A stretch of DNA of 64,000 nucleotides, from contig JAEHCO010000001.1 in NCBI GenBank assembly GCA_020697715.1, forward strand, positions 192,001 to 256,000, in the 5' to 3' direction. Both the position numbers and the translations under genes were made by a program. Source of the DNA: Methanobacteriota archaeon. Its GTDB lineage: Archaea; Thermoplasmatota; Thermoplasmata; SG8-5; JAGLSY01. Positions 58,768 to 64,000 of this stretch are shown here, piece by piece (the first letter of the stretch is position 1; each line of letters begins with the position of its first letter). Under the pieces are notes generated by a model. The model was not told the origin of the DNA. It ran no database searches and saw nothing but the letters and a program-made list of their open reading frames with translations.

Positions 58768-59739
58768 GTGGAAGAGATGAAAAGAGCTGCAATATCTATC
58801 TGGATCATGTCCATCATGATGATCTTAATATCAGTATCATTCAACAGCACGGCATGGAGCAATGGCGGATATTCAGATGATATAAATAATCCAGATTATG
58901 GCACTCATGATTGGATCGCGGAGAAGGCTCTGGCCATGCTTCCTGTGAATGAAAGCCAGTACATCCGAGATAATTTCAATCAATACCTGTATGGGACAGA
59001 GCTACCGGATAATCCTGTTGGATTATTCAATGATGGAATTGCGGACACCTCCAATCATCATGTTTATTTCGAAATAAGTGGTACTGTTACAGATAATGCA
59101 AGTGCGGATAGAGCTGAAGCAATGTATGATGATGCTATGGCATATATTCTGGTCCATGATTATAAGAATGCTAGTAAATGCGCGGGGGAGATGACCCATT
59201 ATATTTCGGATCTGGCTGTATTCGGGCACGTGATGGGGTATTTCACAGCCTGGGGAGAAGAGTCTCATCATTTAGATTATGAGACCTATGTATTGGACCA
59301 TCAGGCGGATTTCAAATCATACATCGTGTTCGACGGGATATTATCCGAGATCTCGGCTTATGATGCCACCATTGAACTCGCCCATGACACAGCATTCGAT
59401 GATGGGGGAACTGGAAGGGATTGTCTATGGATGGATCAGAATATGCCAGAGCTGGACCATAGCTGGACAGATAGTGATTTTGAGGATAGAGCAGGGAGAT
59501 CCATGAACCTGGCTGTGAACCTGGTAGCCGATGTCCTGCATACTCTGGCGATAGAGTCGGGATATACTGGCTCTGAGACACCTTCAGTGGACGATACTGA
59601 TACAGATCCTGTAAATGATGATACAGAAGCAGAAGAGACACCGGCAGATGAAATACCTGGCTTCGAGCTCTGGACCATGTTGCTGGCCATGATGATCGCG
59701 ATTGGGATAGTGAGGTTCAAAAACAGGGACAAAAGATAA
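58768..59739 (+). CDS. Zn-dependent phospholipase C / S1-P1 nuclease-like secreted enzyme with PGF-CTERM
   Basis: Signal peptide then mature N-terminal W(SNGG), THDWIA, LPD, HYISD, HH..YE; IPGFE-TM-basic tail. Confidence 0.8.
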   Translation: MEEMKRAAISIWIMSIMMILISVSFNSTAWSNGGYSDDINNPDYGTHDWIAEKALAMLPVNESQYIRDNFNQYLYGTELPDNPVGLFNDGIADTSNHHVYFEISGTVTDNASADRAEAMYDDAMAYILVHDYKNASKCAGEMTHYISDLAVFGHVMGYFTAWGEESHHLDYETYVLDHQADFKSYIVFDGILSEISAYDATIELAHDTAFDDGGTGRDCLWMDQNMPELDHSWTDSDFEDRAGRSMNLAVNLVADVLHTLAIESGYTGSETPSVDDTDTDPVNDDTEAEETPADEIPGFELWTMLLAMMIAIGIVRFKNRDKR

Positions 59740-59817
59740 TTTGACTTCATCTTAAAACCTACATGTAGCCTAATTCTATGAGTCGCGGGTATATACACTC
59801 GCACGATTTTAGGCATC

Positions 59818-61572
59818 ATGACTCCCATAATGTTACTGATCGCCATCATGGTCTTCACTCTGATCGGCTGCGGCTTCGGAATATTGACCGGACTTATACC
59901 AGGAATTCATGTGAACAATGTCGCTCACATGGTGCTTGTCTCCCAGACCGTGATAATATCACTGGCCACCATGCTTTTCGGCTGGGCCGGACCCGAGACC
60001 AAGGATATCATAATCATCATATCCAGCCTGATAATCGGAACAGTCGTCACCCATACTTTTCTGGATTTCATTCCTTCGGTATTTCTGGGGGCCCCGGATG
60101 GCGATACCGCGCTTTCCGTCCTGCCAGGACACAGGATGTTGATGGAAGGTCGTGGCTTCGAGGCTGTCAAATGCTCGGCCACTGGTAGCTTTGGAGCGAT
60201 GATATTCGCTCTTATCCTACTAATCCCACTGAGGCTGTTCATCGGCGAGCCAGTCAATGCCTATGTCGCCTTCGAGCCCTTCATTCATTTTGTCCTGATC
60301 TGCGTCAGCACCTTCCTGATACTTGGAGAGACCGCCAGTGCCAAAGAGGAGTTCAATCTGAACGATGTGGAGATGAAGGGATTCGTAATGAGTGGGAATG
60401 TGGGCGTGGATCATTGCGCCCACAGTTCCATGCTGAAACCAGATATGGGTGAGCTGGACGCGGAAGGCTTGGAGATGAGCGCCATGCACGGCACTGTGGA
60501 GAACGTATTGGGCGATGAGACGATAATACTGGCAGATGATAAGAGCAGGTCGAAGGTCAAGGTCCACCTCCACAAGTGGAATCATCGAGTTCCGGAGGTC
60601 GGCCAGCAGGTCGTGGCAATTGGTGATGTAGTTCCAAAGGTGACATGGAAGGACCATATGCTGAAGCGCGGTATGGCATTGGGCATCTTTCTGCTATCTG
60701 GAATATTGGGCATCATACTCCTGGCCCCCTCTGGTCTTGTGGGCCAGAACCTCTACTTGATAAGATTCGCATCCTCAGATACTGGCATCATCTTATTATT
60801 CCCGATGTTCACCGGGCTTTTTGGTCTTTCCACCATGCTGCTCAGCCTGAAGGATAAGCCAGTCATTCCAAAACAAAATACCGAGGATGTGAAGATCAAT
60901 GTCAGCCCCAGGAGGCAGTTGAAAGCCATAGTTTCCGGAAGCCTGGCCAGTGTTTCGTCATTGTTCCCAGGGATATCCAGTGCGATCGCCACGATGATAG
61001 CTGTCAATATGCACGGTAACAAAGACAGCGAGGGCGCGAAAGGTGGCAAAGGACAGAAGGGGAGGGGGAAGAAGGATCGCAAATGTAAAAATGAAAGAAA
61101 TGAGAATGATGAGGCCAGTGAGTTCATCATTTCGGTTTCCTCGGTCAACACATCAGTGGGGATAATCAATTTACTAGCACTGTTCATAATCATGAAGTCC
61201 AGGAGCGGGGCGATGAAGGCAGTGGAGGCGATAATGGGCCCGGATATATCTCCCTGGACCACGATATCCAATGTGCCACTGGAGCTGGCATCACTTTTGG
61301 TCGCGGCCCTGCTGGCATCCATCGTCGCTCTGTGGCTCACCCTGAAGTTCGGAAAGATATTTGCCACCCATTTCAGCAAGATAGATTATGAAAAGTTAGT
61401 ATGGGTGGTCATCGTGTTCCTTATCGGCATGATCGGCATATTCTCCGGAATACTGGGTCTTGTCATATTGGGTATCACGACCTTCATGGGATTGATCCCT
61501 CCATTGATGGGTGTGAAAAGAGTTCATTTGATGGGGAGCTTGGTATTGCCAGTCATCATGTATTTCATGTAG
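59818..61572 (+). CDS. TctA-family (tripartite tricarboxylate transporter) permease with soluble insertions
   Basis: GLIPGIHVN, HTFLDFIPSVFLGAP, SVLPGH, RSGA, RVHLMG. Confidence 0.85.
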   Translation: MTPIMLLIAIMVFTLIGCGFGILTGLIPGIHVNNVAHMVLVSQTVIISLATMLFGWAGPETKDIIIIISSLIIGTVVTHTFLDFIPSVFLGAPDGDTALSVLPGHRMLMEGRGFEAVKCSATGSFGAMIFALILLIPLRLFIGEPVNAYVAFEPFIHFVLICVSTFLILGETASAKEEFNLNDVEMKGFVMSGNVGVDHCAHSSMLKPDMGELDAEGLEMSAMHGTVENVLGDETIILADDKSRSKVKVHLHKWNHRVPEVGQQVVAIGDVVPKVTWKDHMLKRGMALGIFLLSGILGIILLAPSGLVGQNLYLIRFASSDTGIILLFPMFTGLFGLSTMLLSLKDKPVIPKQNTEDVKINVSPRRQLKAIVSGSLASVSSLFPGISSAIATMIAVNMHGNKDSEGAKGGKGQKGRGKKDRKCKNERNENDEASEFIISVSSVNTSVGIINLLALFIIMKSRSGAMKAVEAIMGPDISPWTTISNVPLELASLLVAALLASIVALWLTLKFGKIFATHFSKIDYEKLVWVVIVFLIGMIGIFSGILGLVILGITTFMGLIPPLMGVKRVHLMGSLVLPVIMYFM

Positions 61573-61679
61573 GATGATTACATGAGATCATATGGGGCCG
61601 AATCCCAGCATAGCTGGGAGTCGGATATAGAAATATTTTTATATCCTTGAGGATATTTACATCTTTGGGGTAATGCATA

Positions 61680-61793
61680 ATGCGTGACTTCGACGAAGAT
61701 GATTATGACTACGATCTCGACTACGGCGTTTGCCAAGCTTGTCACAAACGTAAAGAACTCAATTACGATGGAGTATGTTGGGATTGTGAATGA
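61680..61793 (+). CDS. 37-aa acidic zinc-finger micro-protein (not in ORF track)
   Basis: MRDFDEDDYDYDLDYGVCQACHKRKELNYDGVCWDCE; TTTTTATAT at 61636 and GGGGT SD-like sequence upstream. Confidence 0.65.
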   Translation: MRDFDEDDYDYDLDYGVCQACHKRKELNYDGVCWDCE

Positions 61794-61896
61794 TGAATGA
61801 ACAAAGATTATGAGAATATTCTTTGAACCCCTTTCCGGTTTTTTCAATGATCAGCGTGAGCGAGGCTGGTTGACTAGCAATAAGTACTGCTGGTCA

Positions 61897-62748
61897 TTAT
61901 CCAGTATGAACCTCGACTATCTGCAAACTCAGATCACTGGCTCTGGTACTGTGGGTGAGCCAGCCCAGAGAGATGACATCCGCGGACTTCGCATATTCCT
62001 CTATGTTATCTGGGGTAATGCCGCCAGAAATCTCTATCACGATATCCGGATCGATCTTTCTAACTTCCTCAGCAACCGCCTCCACCTCGAAGGGCGCCAT
62101 ATTGTCCAGCATGATGATGTCCGGTCCTGCTTTCGCGGCTTCTATAGCTCCACCCATGTCCACCACTTCGACCTCGATCTTGATGCGCTGGCCGCCAGGT
62201 CCAGGGTTGCTATCAGAGTATGACTTCGCCTTTTCAATGGCGAAGGTTATAGACCCCACCATCATCAGGTGATTGTCCTTGATAAGAATTTGATCGTACA
62301 GACCCACACGGTGACTGACCCCCCCGCCCAGGACGACCGCCTTCTTCTCATACTCTCGAAAACCCGGCGTGGTCTTTCGAGTGGCCGATATCTTGACATC
62401 CGGGTTGATCGCATGGCACTTGTCAATAAGGTCTCGAGTGGTGGTGGCGATCCCGCTCATCTTGCACATGAAATTCAGTGCAAGTCTTTCCGTTCTCAGA
62501 AGTTCACGAGCCCCGCCAGTTATGCTCAAGATCTCCTGACCGTCCTTGACATGATCACCGTCCCGGAACTTGGGGATCGCTCTCAATCCCTCATTCTCGA
62601 AGATCTTCACAGCTTCTTCCAGGCCCGCGATTACGCAATCTTCCTTGGCGATTATCCTGGCTCCTGCTCTTTCGTTGCTCAAAAGAGCAGTGCTGGTCAC
62701 ATCGCCTGTACCCAGGTCCTCTGGTAGAAAATCATAGGGCTCTGTCAT
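61897..62748 (-). CDS. nadC: Nicotinate-nucleotide pyrophosphorylase (quinolinate phosphoribosyltransferase)
   Basis: EDLGTGDVTS, ERLALN, TRKTTPG, HRVGLYD, IKDNH, MLDN, SGGI. Confidence 0.95.
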   Translation of the reverse strand: MTEPYDFLPEDLGTGDVTSTALLSNERAGARIIAKEDCVIAGLEEAVKIFENEGLRAIPKFRDGDHVKDGQEILSITGGARELLRTERLALNFMCKMSGIATTTRDLIDKCHAINPDVKISATRKTTPGFREYEKKAVVLGGGVSHRVGLYDQILIKDNHLMMVGSITFAIEKAKSYSDSNPGPGGQRIKIEVEVVDMGGAIEAAKAGPDIIMLDNMAPFEVEAVAEEVRKIDPDIVIEISGGITPDNIEEYAKSADVISLGWLTHSTRASDLSLQIVEVHTG

Positions 62749-62802
62749 GCTGATATCTCCGTCATGCTGTCTGTCATGTTATCCATGATAAAAAAGGTTT
62801 GT

Positions 62803-63456
62803 TCAGCAATCGGGCTGATGATCGCCATTATGGATCTTTTTGACGATCTTTCTGGACCTGGCTATATTGATGGCCGCGTCCTTATCGGATTCCATGTTCT
62901 TGGTAAGCTTGGTGGTCTTGAACTCGTTCATGAGTTCGACAACAGTGAAGGAATCGGCCACATTATCCAGTATGAAATCCCTTGACTCCGGGGCTCCATT
63001 GCCCATCTTCAGTCTGGATGTCCTGAAAATATAGCTATCCAGCATATGATGGATTATCTCCGCGCATTTATCCCATGATCTGGCCTGACTGACCTCCAGA
63101 ACCTCATTGTTGACAAGGACAGCGATACCCGGTTCCTTGCCCGGATCCACTCCTATGACGAGTTCCTCGAAGATCTCTATCCCGGTCAATGCCTGGAATG
63201 CCTGTCTTATGCCTTTGTAAATATCATCCACGGGGATGATCGGCATGGAGCTTCCCCAGGCGGTTCTCTCCACCTTATCCACATCGCACTGGCTTGTCAA
63301 TATCACGCCAATGTCCATGGGTGGTGCTTCTCCAAAGTTCAAGCTTCTGAAAGGAAGTCCTCTGAATCGCAGTTCCTTGACCAGATCGAAAAAAAGCCTG
63401 GAATCGCCGGTCAGTAATCCGATTATCTTCTTGTCATCATTAACCTGATTGTTCAA
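62803..63456 (-). CDS. Hypothetical protein with RNase H-like (YqgF/RuvC-like) C-terminal domain
   Basis: VIGVDPG..PGIAV, MGNG, NEFKTT, D..AA.NIA. Confidence 0.6.
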   Translation of the reverse strand: MNNQVNDDKKIIGLLTGDSRLFFDLVKELRFRGLPFRSLNFGEAPPMDIGVILTSQCDVDKVERTAWGSSMPIIPVDDIYKGIRQAFQALTGIEIFEELVIGVDPGKEPGIAVLVNNEVLEVSQARSWDKCAEIIHHMLDSYIFRTSRLKMGNGAPESRDFILDNVADSFTVVELMNEFKTTKLTKNMESDKDAAINIARSRKIVKKIHNGDHQPDC

Positions 63457-63465
63457 AAGATCCCT

Positions 63466-63990
63466 CTATTGATCCATAAGTGAAAAATCGAACTCGCACA
63501 TAGGGCAGGCGGTCGCATTATCATCCACTGGCGCACCGCATAATTGACAATGGATGGATTCGTCCATCAGGATATCCTCGACATCTGGTGTGAATATCGG
63601 GCCGATAAGGTCCTTGGTCCCATCCCATACATCCATATCCCCATTCCAATTCTCCGCAACCTTGCCGAACTTCTCTTCGATGATCTCCAGCGAGCGTGCG
63701 ACCTCATGGTTCATCTTGGCCGTTGCCCTTCCCGAATACACCACGGCCAGATAGAAGTTCTTTGCCAATTCGATCATGATATTCTTATTCTCGAACTCCA
63801 GTTTCTTCAATGACCAGGTGCCATCCCCAAAGGCATCTTTCACAAAAGACTGGACTGCTGTCAACATACCTATGGTGACATCGTAATCCACCTCGGTGTT
63901 CTGCTCAATGTCCATGAACTCGATGAGGCATCCGCTCTTGTGTACGAGGAATACTTCTTCGATGACCGGGGTATTATCTTCAGAGCCCAT
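63466..63990 (-). CDS. Longin-like domain + zinc-ribbon protein
   Basis: IEEVFLVHKSGCLI...GMLTAVQSFVKDAF...LAVVYSG; CQLCG..CPMCE. Confidence 0.65.
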   Translation of the reverse strand: MGSEDNTPVIEEVFLVHKSGCLIEFMDIEQNTEVDYDVTIGMLTAVQSFVKDAFGDGTWSLKKLEFENKNIMIELAKNFYLAVVYSGRATAKMNHEVARSLEIIEEKFGKVAENWNGDMDVWDGTKDLIGPIFTPDVEDILMDESIHCQLCGAPVDDNATACPMCEFDFSLMDQ

Positions 63991-64000
63991 GGAATGTCCA

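Noticed and set aside
1-64000. Numerous antisense/nested ORFs in the track; tRNA, rRNA, transposase, integrase, and Sec/Pyl recoding
   Set aside because: Shadow ORFs lie opposite well-supported genes; no cloverleaf, rRNA, recombinase or interrupted conserved gene was seen by eye

Overview
Chromosomal window from an archaeon, most likely an uncultured anaerobic Thermoplasmatota (Thermoplasmata) lineage. This is inferred from archaeal-type Kae1, Trm1, Trm11, AlaS, Cdc6/Orc1, PdaD, the SRP 7S RNA, DUF835 and KaiC/RAD55 paralogs, and PGF/PEF-CTERM tails. Housekeeping and peptide-fermentation genes (porGDAB, iorAB, paaK, ferredoxin, nadC) are interleaved with many putative signalling proteins: three KaiC-like ATPases, two DUF835-TPR proteins, longin-like domains and several CxxC zinc ribbons. 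Highlights: (1) a ~2,900-aa membrane-spanning protein with a cytoplasmic TPR/HhH/Zn-ribbon region, a ~32x TNG repeat and an ectodomain carrying seven integrin-alpha FG-GAP repeats, downstream of a Zn-finger/KaiC/wHTH operon; (2) an operon around a membrane-anchored, Walker-B-degenerate double AAA ATPase; (3) two diverged copies of a ~140-bp non-coding element with IS200/IS605-like end hairpins, set among mosaic G-rich repeats; (4) a 31-bp palindrome shared upstream of iorA and paaK; (5) a highly structured, switch-like leader before a 72-aa ORF; (6) small genes absent from the ORF track (a 56-aa ferredoxin and a 37-aa Zn-finger micro-protein). No tRNA, rRNA, CRISPR array or transposase was seen. 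All calls are by eye, with no database searches.
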